Source: Spirochaetia bacterium
GTDB lineage: Bacteria; Spirochaetota; Spirochaetia; CAKZLE01
Reading direction: 5' to 3'
NCBI GenBank assembly: GCA_963677595.1
Contig: OY782041.1
Location: forward strand, 3,712,001 to 3,776,000
Length of the DNA: 64,000 nt
Made by a program: the position numbers and the translations under genes
Shown: positions 27,829-38,162 of the stretch, in pieces
How positions within the stretch are numbered: the first letter of the stretch is position 1
Layout of the letters: each line of letters opens with the position of its first letter
The notes under the pieces: generated by a model
Database searches by the model: none
Told to the model about the DNA's origin: nothing
Seen by the model: only the letters and a program-made list of their open reading frames with translations

Positions 27829-29499
27829 TCAATCCCATAGTTCGATATGATACTTGTATCCCTGTTCGGTGAGGAACTTCTGCCTGTTCGAGGCGAACTC
27901 CTCCTCGACGGAATACCTGGTCACCAGTGAATAGAAATGCGAACCGTGCTCTTTCGGCCTGAGCACACGCCCGAGCCGCTGGGCCTCCTCCTGCCGTGAG
28001 CCGAAGGTGCCGGAGATCTGGATCGCTACCGATGCATCCGGTAAGTCGATGGCGAAGTTTGCCACCTTCGAGACGATCAGTATCCTCTGTTTCCCCTCCC
28101 GGAAGGCGTTGAAGAGCTCGTCCCGCTTCTTGTTCGGTGTCGAACCGGTGATCACGGGGATGCCGAGGGTCTTCGAGAGGTCGTTCAGCTGGGAGAGGTA
28201 CTGCCCGATGATGAGGATGTACTCATCAGCATGGTTGCTGATGAGCTGCTTGATCACCGGGTTCTTCAGGGGGTTCTCGGAGGCGATCCGGAACTTCTCC
28301 CGCTTGGAGCCTATCGCATAGTCGATATCGAGGGACTCGTCGAGCGGGATGCGGATCTCGTAGCAGTGAGCCTCGGCGATCCAGCCCTTCTGCTCGAGTT
28401 CCCTCCAGGGGATGTCATACCGCTTCGGGCCGACGAGAGAGAAGACCTCGTCCTCACGGCCATCCTCCCTGACGAGGGTAGCCGTGAGCCCGACCCGGTG
28501 CATCGACTGGATCTCGGCGGTCACCTTGAATACGGGAGCCGGGAGCATATGGACCTCATCATAGATGACCAGTCCCCAGTTATGGTCCTTGAAGATGGAG
28601 AAGTGGGGGAAGTCACTTACTTTGTCCTTGCGCCAGGTGAGGATCTGGTAGGTGCACACCGTGATATCGCGGATGACCTTCCGGTCCCCGGAATATTCTC
28701 CGATCTCATCCCTGGTGAGGGAGGTCTTGTCTATGAGCTCATTGATCCATTGATGGACAGCGGCGACGTTGGTCGTGAGGATCAGGGTCTTCGTCTTCAG
28801 CGCATGGATGATATTGATCCCCACGATGGTCTTCCCCGACCCGCAGGGCAGCACGATGGTACCATAGCCCGTCCCGGGGCTGGAGTCCCCGATCACGGCA
28901 TCGCGTGCCTCGTCCTGGTAGCCCCGGAGGATGAAGGGGTAGCCTGAGATCGTCTGTTCCCGCAGGGAGAGCTCGATCGGGTCTCCCTGCTTCAGGGGGA
29001 TCCGGTCATCCACGGGATAGCCGAGCTTGATGAGCAGCAGCTTCACCGTTCCCCGGTCATAGGCGTTGAGGAAGAACCCCTCCTCCCCGATGGTCAGGTA
29101 TTCCATGACATTGGGGCGGTGCATGATCTCCTGGAAGGTCCGCTCCTCGAGGACCGAGAGGAAATACCGGTCTGGTTCCTCATCGATAGGGTAGAGGATG
29201 ATCGACCCGTAGCGTGAGATGATGTCGGTGACCGAGAACTTCACGTTCTCCGGGACCGGGTACCGTGACCAATAGGTAAGCCTCTCGATGATCTCCTCCG
29301 AGGAGAAGCCGGCAGAGGCTGCGTTCCAGAGGGAGATGGGGGTGATCGTGAAGGTATGGATATGTTCAGGTGACTTGATCAGCTCGCTGAACGGGAGGAT
29401 CGCGTTCCTGGCATCATTGAACGAAGGAGAATGTACTTCCAGCAGCATGGTGTTGTCACTCTGGATGATGAGGGGACGGTCATACGTGTTCTGTTCCAT
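27829..29499 (-). CDS. XPB/Rad25 (ERCC3-like) SF2 DNA helicase
   Basis: LIKSPEHIHT, VLPCGSGKT, DEVH, GLTATLVRED (RED motif), QRLGRVLR. Confidence 0.92.
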   Translation of the reverse strand: MEQNTYDRPLIIQSDNTMLLEVHSPSFNDARNAILPFSELIKSPEHIHTFTITPISLWNAASAGFSSEEIIERLTYWSRYPVPENVKFSVTDIISRYGSIILYPIDEEPDRYFLSVLEERTFQEIMHRPNVMEYLTIGEEGFFLNAYDRGTVKLLLIKLGYPVDDRIPLKQGDPIELSLREQTISGYPFILRGYQDEARDAVIGDSSPGTGYGTIVLPCGSGKTIVGINIIHALKTKTLILTTNVAAVHQWINELIDKTSLTRDEIGEYSGDRKVIRDITVCTYQILTWRKDKVSDFPHFSIFKDHNWGLVIYDEVHMLPAPVFKVTAEIQSMHRVGLTATLVREDGREDEVFSLVGPKRYDIPWRELEQKGWIAEAHCYEIRIPLDESLDIDYAIGSKREKFRIASENPLKNPVIKQLISNHADEYILIIGQYLSQLNDLSKTLGIPVITGSTPNKKRDELFNAFREGKQRILIVSKVANFAIDLPDASVAIQISGTFGSRQEEAQRLGRVLRPKEHGSHFYSLVTRYSVEEEFASNRQKFLTEQGYKYHIELWD

Positions 29500-29564
29500 A
29501 TCAGTACATAGTATCCTGCGGGGGTGAAAAAATCAACCGGAATGGAACGTTCGTAAAGATAGAA

Positions 29565-29589
29565 CAGCCGCTGCACGGGGCAGCGGCTG
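29565..29589 (-). terminator. Terminator-like hairpin after hflC
   Basis: Perfect 10-bp stem CAGCCGCTGC/GCAGCGGCTG with a T-rich tail on the minus strand. Confidence 0.6.
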
Positions 29590-29617
29590 GTGTTGGTTCG
29601 ATTACGAAAACGGTGTG

Positions 29618-30601
29618 TTAGTTCCCAACCTCGGAAGAGTAGATGTACCTGAAGTAGTCCATGTCGGTAGACAGGGTCTTCGGCAGGTCCGTGATGGAGT
29701 TCTTGTAGGAATCGAGTGTGATCCAGAACTCGAAGAAGTCGGTATCAGCCTCATAGGCGTCCGCGTAGATCCGGGTAGCCTCGGCGTCTGCCGTACCCTT
29801 GATCTCCTCTGATGTGGCATATGCCTCGGAGATGATCTTCTTCTTGTCATTGTCGAGCTTACCGACCCACTCAGCGAGCTGGCCCTCACCGTAGGAACGG
29901 TAGGCCTCGGCGATCTGGTTTCGCTCCTTGATCATCCTGTTATAGACACTCTCGGTGAGGTCGTCAGAGTACCTGATCTGCCTGATGATGATATCGATGA
30001 GCTCGATGCCGTATTCACTGGTGAAGGTCGATGCGTACTTGAACATCTCCTCGGAGAGGTCGCTTCGACCCTTCTCGATCTCGGCATAGTTGACCGTCGT
30101 GGCGGTGAGGTTGCGCAGCTGCTCGGCATCGCCGAGATCCTCTGACTGGACCTGCTCGCTCACCTGGATGGTGTTGATCTTGTTCGTGGTACGAACAGCC
30201 TCGTTGAGGTAGTTCTCCGAGATGATCGTCCTGACCGCGGAGTCGACTACGTCATCAAGACGTGCATACCCCTGGGTGATCGTGGTGACCGATTCGTAGA
30301 ACTTCATCGGGTCGGTGATCTTCCACCTTGCGGTCGTGTCGACCCAGATGAACTGGTTCTCCTTGGTCGGGATCCTCTGAGAGTCGCCGTCCCAGGAGAG
30401 TATCTTCTTGGGATAGATCACGACGTTGTCGATGATCGGTGCCTTGAACTTGAGCCCGGCGGTCGTGGCGGTCTGCTGGATCGCCCCGAAACGGGTCACG
30501 ACGGACTGTTCACCCTCTTCGAGGATGTAGAACGGCCCGAGCAGGACCAGGATGATGAGCAGGACAGCTACGATGACGAGTGCAGTGATCAGTTTCTTCA
30601 T
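29618..30601 (-). CDS. hflC: FtsH modulator HflC
   Basis: SPFH domain, VYNRMIKER; follows hflK. Confidence 0.93.
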   Translation of the reverse strand: MKKLITALVIVAVLLIILVLLGPFYILEEGEQSVVTRFGAIQQTATTAGLKFKAPIIDNVVIYPKKILSWDGDSQRIPTKENQFIWVDTTARWKITDPMKFYESVTTITQGYARLDDVVDSAVRTIISENYLNEAVRTTNKINTIQVSEQVQSEDLGDAEQLRNLTATTVNYAEIEKGRSDLSEEMFKYASTFTSEYGIELIDIIIRQIRYSDDLTESVYNRMIKERNQIAEAYRSYGEGQLAEWVGKLDNDKKKIISEAYATSEEIKGTADAEATRIYADAYEADTDFFEFWITLDSYKNSITDLPKTLSTDMDYFRYIYSSEVGN

Positions 30602-31572
30602 GGTGTGCCTCCTGGTGTGAGATTCTGCAGCGGGAGGAAGTTCTCGAGGTTCTTGTCGATGATCGTCGTGTTCCCGCTCGAGAGGATCGATTCCATGGTC
30701 TCGACATAGAGACGCTTGCTCGTGACCTTCTTGCTCTCATTGTAGGCTTCCCGCACGGAGTTGAACCTGGCGACATCACCCTTTGCCTGGTTGATACGCT
30801 CGGAAGAGTACCCCTGTGCATACTGGATCTGCTGGGCGGCTTCACCCCGGGCTTTCGGGATCTCGCTGTTGTACTGCTCCTTACCTTCGTTGATCAGGCG
30901 GTTCATGTCCTGGATGGCCTTGTTGACATCCTCGAAGGCGTCCTGGACCTCGCCGACAGGCGGTACGATGTTCTTCAGCTTGACGGTCACGATATTGATC
31001 CCCAGGCCGTAGCTGTCGAGGACCTCCTGCATCCTCGTCTGGGCTGAATCCTCGATGTTGGTCCTGGATGTTCCCATGACCGAGAGGATCGGCAGGTCTC
31101 CGACGAGCTCGTTGATGACCGACTGGCTGATATCCCTGATGGTCGAGGTCTTGTCCTCGACATTGAACAGCCAGGCGTACGGGTCGTCGATCTTGTACTG
31201 GATGACCCATTCGACATCGATGATGTTCAGGTCCCCGGTCAGCATGACGGACTCCTCGGGATAGTCCCGCTGGTCATAGATCGTATTGATCCCTGACTGT
31301 TCGGTCCTGAACCCGAAACTCATATTCTGCACTACCTGTGTAGGTACATTATAACTCTTCTCCAGCCCAAGCGGTATCTTGAACTGAAGCCCCGGCCCCA
31401 CGACCCTATTGAACCTGCCGAACCTGAGCACGACGCTCTGCTCGGTCTGGTCCACGACGAAGAAACTGCTCAGGAACAGGGCAACGACTGCCACTGCCAC
31501 GATAACCAGTATGATGATCTTCGGCTGTATAGAGAAATTCCTTGGGGACGGAGTGGTGTTGCGTTCCAGCAT
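30598..31572 (-). CDS. hflK: FtsH modulator HflK
   Basis: MLTGDLNI, VQDAFEDV, IPKARGEA, RLYVETME. Confidence 0.95.
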   Translation of the reverse strand: MLERNTTPSPRNFSIQPKIIILVIVAVAVVALFLSSFFVVDQTEQSVVLRFGRFNRVVGPGLQFKIPLGLEKSYNVPTQVVQNMSFGFRTEQSGINTIYDQRDYPEESVMLTGDLNIIDVEWVIQYKIDDPYAWLFNVEDKTSTIRDISQSVINELVGDLPILSVMGTSRTNIEDSAQTRMQEVLDSYGLGINIVTVKLKNIVPPVGEVQDAFEDVNKAIQDMNRLINEGKEQYNSEIPKARGEAAQQIQYAQGYSSERINQAKGDVARFNSVREAYNESKKVTSKRLYVETMESILSSGNTTIIDKNLENFLPLQNLTPGGTP

Positions 31573-31737
31573 AACTCCTCCTAACGTCTTAATACCCTAA
31601 AGTGTACTGCTGTGGGTAGAGAGAGTCAAGTTGACCATGAAAATAATCTGTCGCTGTATGCGTTCGACCTTGTTTTATGGTATAGTGAGACAATTCATGA
31701 GGGATCACCTTCAAAAACCAGAGGATTGGGAGTACCT

Positions 31738-34530
31738 GTGTTCTTAAAGAGTGTCGAACTGTTCGGATTCAAGTCATTCGCTGACCGGAGCAAGCTGGAT
31801 TTCTCCAGCGGCATCACTGCGCTGCTCGGGCCGAACGGCTGCGGGAAGTCCAATATCGTGGACAGCATCAAGTGGGTGCTCGGCGAGCAGTCGATGAAGA
31901 CGCTCAGGGCTGGGAAGCTCGAGGACGTCATATTCAACGGGACCGAGAGCCGGAGTAAGCTCAATGTCGCAGAGGTGAACCTCATCATCTCGAACGAGAG
32001 GGGCTACCTCCCGCTCGATGTGTCGGAGATATCGATCAAGCGCAGGGTCTACCGCTCAGGTGAGAGCGAGTACTACATCAACAATACCCTCGTCCGCCTC
32101 AAGGAGATCAAGGAACTCTTCTACGATACCGGTATCGGCAAGAGCGCCTACTCTATTCTAGAACAGGGGAAGATCGACCAGATCCTCTCCCAGAAGCCTG
32201 AGGACCGGCGTTACATCTTCGAGGAGGCGGCCGGCATCACCAGGTTCAAGCAGAAGAGTCAGGAGGCTGAGCGGAAGCTCGAGAAGACCGAGGACAACAT
32301 CAGGCAGGTGCAGAGCATCCTCAAGGAGGTGAAGGGCACCTATGACACGAGGAAGGTCCAGGCCGAACGTGCACGCCGGTATAAGGAGCTGCAGGAGAAG
32401 ATCTTCGAGCTCGAGGTCGACCTCCAGCTGTCGAAGGTCCATGAACTCAGTCAGCGCAAGCAGCAGAAGATCACCGTGCTCCATGATGCGGTAGATGAGT
32501 TCAGCAAGCTCCAGGAGAGCATCTCGCGGATCAACACCATCCTCGAGGAGATCATGGACACGGTGAACGAGCAGTCCAACAAGCGTATCGAGATCCAGAA
32601 CCGCCTCCATCGGATCGACGAGTCGCGCAACAGCAAGAAGAACCAGATCGATATCTACCTCGACAGGATCGAGGACTTCACGAAGAGCATCACTGACCTC
32701 TCCGGCCGGTGCGAGCTGATGAACAAGCGCATCGAGCGGGATACCGCCGATATTGACGAGCGGGTCGCCAAGCGCATGTCCATGCAGGACGAGCTCGACA
32801 AGATCGAGGTCGATATCGAGACCTTCATCGAGACGATCGAGACGGCTGAGGACCGCATCCGGCACAATACAAGGGAGATCGAGGGGACCGAGGAGCGCGT
32901 GAGGGAGCTCGAGAAGACCCAGCTCTACCTCAGGCGCGACCTCCAGGAGATCACGGAGCATATCGTGAAGGAGTTCGACACGAAGCTCAGTGAATCAGGG
33001 TACTCGCACCACCGGCGCAAGGAGCTCGATGAGGAGATACGTCAGGTTATCTCAAGGCTGCTGATCACCGTCCAGGGACGCAGCGACATCCTCGAGGACG
33101 CCGCAAAGTTCGGTTCGGTCGGCAAAGCTCTTGTCCAGAAGACATCGGAGGAGCTCATCGGGGTCACTGCGCAGCTCGAGCGGCTGCAGCAGCTCTACAG
33201 CGACTATACCGATGCGATCCCCTCATTCATCGATGAGTTCCTCAGCCCTGCAGGCGTGCTGACGAAGAAGCGGCTGATAGATGAGGAGATCGAGCAGAGT
33301 TACATCGAGGTGGAACAGAAGCGGGAACTCGCCGATACCCTCTCAGCGGAGAACACCTCCCTGCTGAAGAAGCTCCAGAACTACCGGGAGACGCTCGAGC
33401 ACCTGCGGCTCACGGAGGTGGACCTCAAGGGGAGCCTCAAGAACATCGAGGAGCTCCTCACCAACCTCTACCGTACCATGAACGAGCAGAAGATCGCTCG
33501 CGACGAGGCGATGAAGGACCTCAGTTCCGCGCAGGAGCGGCTTGACGAGACGAAGGGGAAGATCTCCGAGCTCGAACAGGACTCGGTTGAGATCAGCCAG
33601 GAGGTAGATGAGCTCACGGAGACCCTGCAGCAGCTCAAGGTCGGGATAGATGATGCCCAGGATGAGATGAAGCAGGAGCGAAAGCACCTTGCACAGCAGC
33701 AGGAGTTCCTCAGTAATACCGCCCAGCGCATCGAGCGGACCAAGGCCGAGATCGATGCACTGGAGACCGAGGTCTCATTTATATATGAGAACTTCGAGGA
33801 GAACTACTCGAAGTCCCTCACCGAGTTCGATGAACGTATCTACGATATCAGGGAGGGCGAGCAGGTCTACCGCAGCCGGCTCAAGCAGCTGCGTCAGGAA
33901 GTCATCAGTCTCGGCTACATCAACCATATGGCGACCGAGGAGTTCGAGGAGGTCCGGGAGCGGTACGAGTTCCTGCGCAAGCAAATGAACGACCTCGAAC
34001 AGGCGAAGAACGACCTGCTCACGATCACAAAGGAGATCAAGACCCGCTCTGAGATCCTCTTCGAGGAGAGCTACCACAAGATCAAGAAGAACTTCCACCT
34101 GATGTTCCGCCGGCTCTTCGGGGGCGGCAGGGCGGAACTCAAGCTCGTCGACCCCGATGACCTGCTCGGCAGCGGCATCGACATCTTCGCCCAGCCGCCG
34201 GGGAAGAAGCTCGAGAAGATCACGCTCCTCTCTGGGGGGGAGCGATCCATGACGGCAGTCGCCCTGCTCTTCGCGACCTATCTGGTGAAACCCTCTCCCT
34301 TCTGCATCCTCGATGAGATCGATGCGGCCCTCGACGATGCGAACATCGGCTACTTCCTCGATGTCCTCCTGGAGTTCAGCGAGAGTTCCCAGTTCATTAT
34401 CATCACCCACAACAAGAAGACCGTTCTCGGTTCCTCGACCCTGCTGGGGGTCACCATGCAGGAGCCGGGAGTCTCGAAAGCGATCGCCTACCGCATCGGC
34501 GATGTGGCCGGGGAACAAACTATCTTTTGA
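31738..34530 (+). CDS. smc: Chromosome segregation protein SMC (short form, about 930 aa)
   Basis: GFKSF, GPNGCGKSN, LSGGE, ILDEIDAALD; GTG start after GGGAG. Confidence 0.9.
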   Translation: MFLKSVELFGFKSFADRSKLDFSSGITALLGPNGCGKSNIVDSIKWVLGEQSMKTLRAGKLEDVIFNGTESRSKLNVAEVNLIISNERGYLPLDVSEISIKRRVYRSGESEYYINNTLVRLKEIKELFYDTGIGKSAYSILEQGKIDQILSQKPEDRRYIFEEAAGITRFKQKSQEAERKLEKTEDNIRQVQSILKEVKGTYDTRKVQAERARRYKELQEKIFELEVDLQLSKVHELSQRKQQKITVLHDAVDEFSKLQESISRINTILEEIMDTVNEQSNKRIEIQNRLHRIDESRNSKKNQIDIYLDRIEDFTKSITDLSGRCELMNKRIERDTADIDERVAKRMSMQDELDKIEVDIETFIETIETAEDRIRHNTREIEGTEERVRELEKTQLYLRRDLQEITEHIVKEFDTKLSESGYSHHRRKELDEEIRQVISRLLITVQGRSDILEDAAKFGSVGKALVQKTSEELIGVTAQLERLQQLYSDYTDAIPSFIDEFLSPAGVLTKKRLIDEEIEQSYIEVEQKRELADTLSAENTSLLKKLQNYRETLEHLRLTEVDLKGSLKNIEELLTNLYRTMNEQKIARDEAMKDLSSAQERLDETKGKISELEQDSVEISQEVDELTETLQQLKVGIDDAQDEMKQERKHLAQQQEFLSNTAQRIERTKAEIDALETEVSFIYENFEENYSKSLTEFDERIYDIREGEQVYRSRLKQLRQEVISLGYINHMATEEFEEVRERYEFLRKQMNDLEQAKNDLLTITKEIKTRSEILFEESYHKIKKNFHLMFRRLFGGGRAELKLVDPDDLLGSGIDIFAQPPGKKLEKITLLSGGERSMTAVALLFATYLVKPSPFCILDEIDAALDDANIGYFLDVLLEFSESSQFIIITHNKKTVLGSSTLLGVTMQEPGVSKAIAYRIGDVAGEQTIF

Positions 34531-34590
34531 TATCGGTTGACAGAGACTCGAGTTATACGGTATAAGTCTTAACGGTAAAGTAGGAAACAG

Positions 34591-35919
34591 ATGCTTGAGA
34601 ATATTTCAGATAAATTCACGGATATCGTAAGACACATATCAGGTAAAGGTACCATCTCGGAGAAGAACGTCCAGGAAGCGGTGGAGGAGATCAAGATCGC
34701 CCTGCTCGAAGCGGACGTGAACCTTCGCGTGGTCAGGCGTTTCGTCAACCGCACCCTCGAGGATGCGAAGGGCGAGGCGGTGCTGAAGTCGGTCAATCCC
34801 GGCCAGCAGTTCATCAAGATCGTCCATGACCGGCTTGTAGCCCTTCTGGGTGACGATCGGAAGGAACTGCTCCTCAAGGGTCCCGACACCCCGTCAGTCA
34901 TCCTGATGATGGGCCTCCAGGGGTCAGGTAAGACCACCACGGCTGCGAAGCTCGCGTACAAGCTGAAGAAAGAGGGGCGCAGGCCGATCCTCGTCGCAGC
35001 CGACCTCGTACGGCCTGCGGCAGTCAAGCAGCTGCAGGTGCTCGGGGAGAGCATCTCCGTCCCTGTCTATGCCGAGGAAGTGAAGGACCCGGTCCGGGTC
35101 GTGAAGAACTCACTTAAGCTCGCGAAGAAGGAGCAGTACAACACGGTCATCGTGGATACCTCCGGCCGTATGCACCTCGATACCGAGATGATGAAGGAGA
35201 TCCAGGCGATCTACAAGGCTGCAGATCCCGATGAGACCCTCTTCGTCGCTGACTCGATGACCGGCCAGGGTGCTGTCACCATCGCGAAGGAGTTCGACGA
35301 GAAGGTCGGGATCTCCGGTGTCGTGCTGACGAAGTTCGACTCCGACACCCGGGGCGGTGCAGCACTCTCGATCAGGAGCGTGACCGGCAAGCCGATCAAG
35401 TATATCGGTGTGGGGGAGAAGGTCAGTGACCTCGATCCCTTCTACCCGGAGAGGATCGCTTCCAGGATCCTCGGGATGGGGGACGTCGTCTCCCTCGTGG
35501 AGAAGGCCCAGGAGACGATCGACATCCAGGAAGCTGAGAAACTGCAGAAAAAGATGTCTTCTGCGACCTTCAGCCTCCAGGACTACCTTGACCAAATCCA
35601 GAGAATGAATAAAATGGGACCGCTGGAGTCCATCGTTGAGATGATCCCGGGAGCCAAGGGCTCGATCAGCGAGGATGACATCAACAAGAAGGAACTCGCC
35701 AGGGAACAGGCGATCATCCAGTCGATGACGCTCGAGGAGAGGAACAACCACCGTATCGTCGGGCCGTCGAGAAGGAAGAGGATAGCCAAGGGGAGCGGGA
35801 CAGCAGTCTATGATGTGAATCGACTGCTGAAGAAATTTGAGAAGATGCGTCTGATGATGAAGAAAGTCGCTAAGAATAAGAAATACCAAGCACAAATGCT
35901 CAAACAGATGGGCATGTAA
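34591..35919 (+). CDS. ffh: Signal recognition particle protein
   Basis: GLQGSGKTT, DTSGR, TKFD, RILGMGD, Met-rich M domain. Confidence 0.98.
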   Translation: MLENISDKFTDIVRHISGKGTISEKNVQEAVEEIKIALLEADVNLRVVRRFVNRTLEDAKGEAVLKSVNPGQQFIKIVHDRLVALLGDDRKELLLKGPDTPSVILMMGLQGSGKTTTAAKLAYKLKKEGRRPILVAADLVRPAAVKQLQVLGESISVPVYAEEVKDPVRVVKNSLKLAKKEQYNTVIVDTSGRMHLDTEMMKEIQAIYKAADPDETLFVADSMTGQGAVTIAKEFDEKVGISGVVLTKFDSDTRGGAALSIRSVTGKPIKYIGVGEKVSDLDPFYPERIASRILGMGDVVSLVEKAQETIDIQEAEKLQKKMSSATFSLQDYLDQIQRMNKMGPLESIVEMIPGAKGSISEDDINKKELAREQAIIQSMTLEERNNHRIVGPSRRKRIAKGSGTAVYDVNRLLKKFEKMRLMMKKVAKNKKYQAQMLKQMGM

Positions 35920-35945
35920 TATTCGTGTAGAAGCAGGAGGACGTC

Positions 35946-36215
35946 GTGAGCGTTAAGATCAGGTTGAAACGATTTGGTACGAAGATGAGACCATACTACC
36001 GTATTGTCGTAATGGATTCCCGTGACCAGCGGGATGGAAGGACCCTTGATGAGGTGGGATTATACCACCCGATCGAGAAAGAGGGTGAGCAGGTAAGGAT
36101 CGATGAGGATAAGGTGCGCAGCTGGCTCGTGAAGGGTGCGCAGCCCACCGACACCGTCAAGAAGATCCTTAACAACAACAACATTTACATCGAACGGAAA
36201 GAAGCCGAGAAGTAG
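35946..36215 (+). CDS. rpsP: 30S ribosomal protein S16
   Basis: VKIRLKR.G..PYYRIVV, GAQPTDTV. Confidence 0.98.
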   Translation: MSVKIRLKRFGTKMRPYYRIVVMDSRDQRDGRTLDEVGLYHPIEKEGEQVRIDEDKVRSWLVKGAQPTDTVKKILNNNNIYIERKEAEK

Positions 36216-36226
36216 GAGATGCGATC

Positions 36227-36460
36227 ATGGAGAAGGATCTTGTAGAGTATATCGCAAAATCCCTTGTTGATGATCCGGATGATGTCTCTGTAAACATAAT
36301 TGAAGGCGAGAAGTCCACGATCCTCGAGTTGAGGGTAGCGCAGGATGATATCGGTAAAGTCATCGGTAAGCACGGCCGTATTGCCAAGGCAGTACGGACG
36401 ATCCTGAGCGCATCCTCGACGAAGAGCGGGAAGCGTGTTGTGTTGGAGATACTGGATTAA
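36227..36460 (+). CDS. khpA: KH domain RNA-binding protein KhpA
   Basis: DIGKVIGKHGR; conserved position after rpsP. Confidence 0.93.
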   Translation: MEKDLVEYIAKSLVDDPDDVSVNIIEGEKSTILELRVAQDDIGKVIGKHGRIAKAVRTILSASSTKSGKRVVLEILD

Positions 36461-36470
36461 TCAGAAGACG

Positions 36471-36971
36471 ATGGAAAAGATTGCAACTGGATTGATCAGG
36501 ACGACTCATGGTATCCACGGGTACCTCAAGGTGAAACTGTTCTCAGGCGACCTTGAGAATTTCCTGACCCATACACAGCTCCTCCTGAGGAAGGATTCCC
36601 AGGAGAGGATGTACCAGGTCGAGGATACCAGGATACAGGGCGATACCGTCTTGGTGAAACTCGTCGGTATCGACACGCCTGAAGCCGGGAAGCGGTTGAA
36701 CGGGTGGGAACTCTGGATCCCCCGGGAGGAGGCATCTCCCCTCGAGGAGGGCGAGTACTACTCCGCTGACCTCCACGGCTGTGCAGTGCAGTTCGAAGGA
36801 AGCACGGTCGGCAGGGTCATCTCCCTCGTGGAAGGACCCCAGGCTGACCTGCTCGAGATCGAGAAGGAGTCCGGGGAACGGCGCTATGTACCCTTCATGG
36901 ATGAGTACATCGGCGCCGTCGATATCGAGAACCGGACGATCGAGCTCCGGCATGCGTGGATCTTCGAATGA
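36471..36971 (+). CDS. rimM: Ribosome maturation factor RimM
   Basis: HGIHG, EGEYYSADL.G, YVPF. Confidence 0.93.
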   Translation: MEKIATGLIRTTHGIHGYLKVKLFSGDLENFLTHTQLLLRKDSQERMYQVEDTRIQGDTVLVKLVGIDTPEAGKRLNGWELWIPREEASPLEEGEYYSADLHGCAVQFEGSTVGRVISLVEGPQADLLEIEKESGERRYVPFMDEYIGAVDIENRTIELRHAWIFE

Positions 36972-37705
36972 ACATCGAGGTCCTGACGCTGTTCCCGGAG
37001 ATCATACAGGGGTTCTTTGGCGACTCCATCATGGCGAAGAGCGTGGAGAAGGGTATCATCTCATTCGATACCGTCCAGATACGCGATTTCACCCATGACC
37101 GCCACCGGACCTGTGATGATGCGCCCTACGGCGGCGGTGCGGGGATGATCCTCAAGCCGGAACCGCTCGGGGAAGCCCTCGAATCGGTCGGAGCGAAGCG
37201 CAAGCGGGTCATCTACCCGAGTCCCTCGGGGAGGAGGTTCACCCAGGCATATGCCGAGGAGCTTGCTGCCGAGGAGGAACTCGTATTCATCTGCGGACGG
37301 TACGAGGGGATCGACCAGAGGATCATCGATCTGTATGTCGATGACGAGATCTGCATCGGGGACTATGTCATCTCTTCAGGTGAGGTGGCATCGTTGGTGA
37401 TCATCGATGCGGTATACAGGCTCATCGAGGGAGTGATCAGCAGGGAATCTCTTTCAGAAGAGAGTTTTTCTGACGGATTATTGGAATATCCTCAGTATAC
37501 GAGGCCCTCGACCTATTGCGGAATTTCCGTTCCTGATATATTATTATCCGGGCATCATGCCGAGATCGAGAGATGGCGCATGAAGCAGCGTGTAAAGAAG
37601 ACTCAGGAGAACAGACCTGAACTGCTCGGGGAGGCTGCCGGACATTCGGAAGATGTCGGGAGGATCCTCGATACATTACATAATGAAAACAATCCGAAGG
37701 GGTGA
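36968..37705 (+). CDS. trmD: tRNA (guanine37-N1)-methyltransferase
   Basis: [40 protein letters not shown]. Confidence 0.98.
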   Translation: MNIEVLTLFPEIIQGFFGDSIMAKSVEKGIISFDTVQIRDFTHDRHRTCDDAPYGGGAGMILKPEPLGEALESVGAKRKRVIYPSPSGRRFTQAYAEELAAEEELVFICGRYEGIDQRIIDLYVDDEICIGDYVISSGEVASLVIIDAVYRLIEGVISRESLSEESFSDGLLEYPQYTRPSTYCGISVPDILLSGHHAEIERWRMKQRVKKTQENRPELLGEAAGHSEDVGRILDTLHNENNPKG

Positions 37706-37710
37706 TAGTG

Positions 37711-38061
37711 ATGGATATCATTAAGGCAATTGAAGCTGAACAGCTGAAGGAAAATGCGGAGAACTTCCGGATCGGTGATACCGTGAAGGTCTTCTTCAAG
37801 ATCATCGAGGGTGCGACTGAGCGAATCCAGGTATACGAAGGTCTTGTCATCGCGATGAACAACGGCAGTGTCCGAAAGACCGTGACCGTACGGAAGATGT
37901 CATACGGCGTTGGCGTGGAGAGGATCTTCCCGATCCACTCACCGAGGATCGACAAGATCGAGGTAGTCAGGAAAGGCCGTGTACGACGTGCCAAGCTCTA
38001 CTACATCAGGGACAGGGTCGGTAAGGCAGCCAAGGTACGGGAACTTATCAAGCGTAAGTAA
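37711..38061 (+). CDS. rplS: 50S ribosomal protein L19
   Basis: [19 protein letters not shown]. Confidence 0.98.
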   Translation: MDIIKAIEAEQLKENAENFRIGDTVKVFFKIIEGATERIQVYEGLVIAMNNGSVRKTVTVRKMSYGVGVERIFPIHSPRIDKIEVVRKGRVRRAKLYYIRDRVGKAAKVRELIKRK

Positions 38062-38086
38062 TTCTGGCACCACGGCACAGCGGTAA

Positions 38087-38121
38087 AGAGTTATGTGAAT
38101 CATCATATAGCTCTTTTTTTT
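38087..38121 (+). terminator. Rho-independent terminator after rplS
   Basis: AGAGTTATGTGA/TCATATAGCTCT stem followed by a T run. Confidence 0.75.
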
Positions 38122-38162
38122 GGTTTCTTGTAAACCGGCTGTGTTTTCGGTATGATAGGTAA

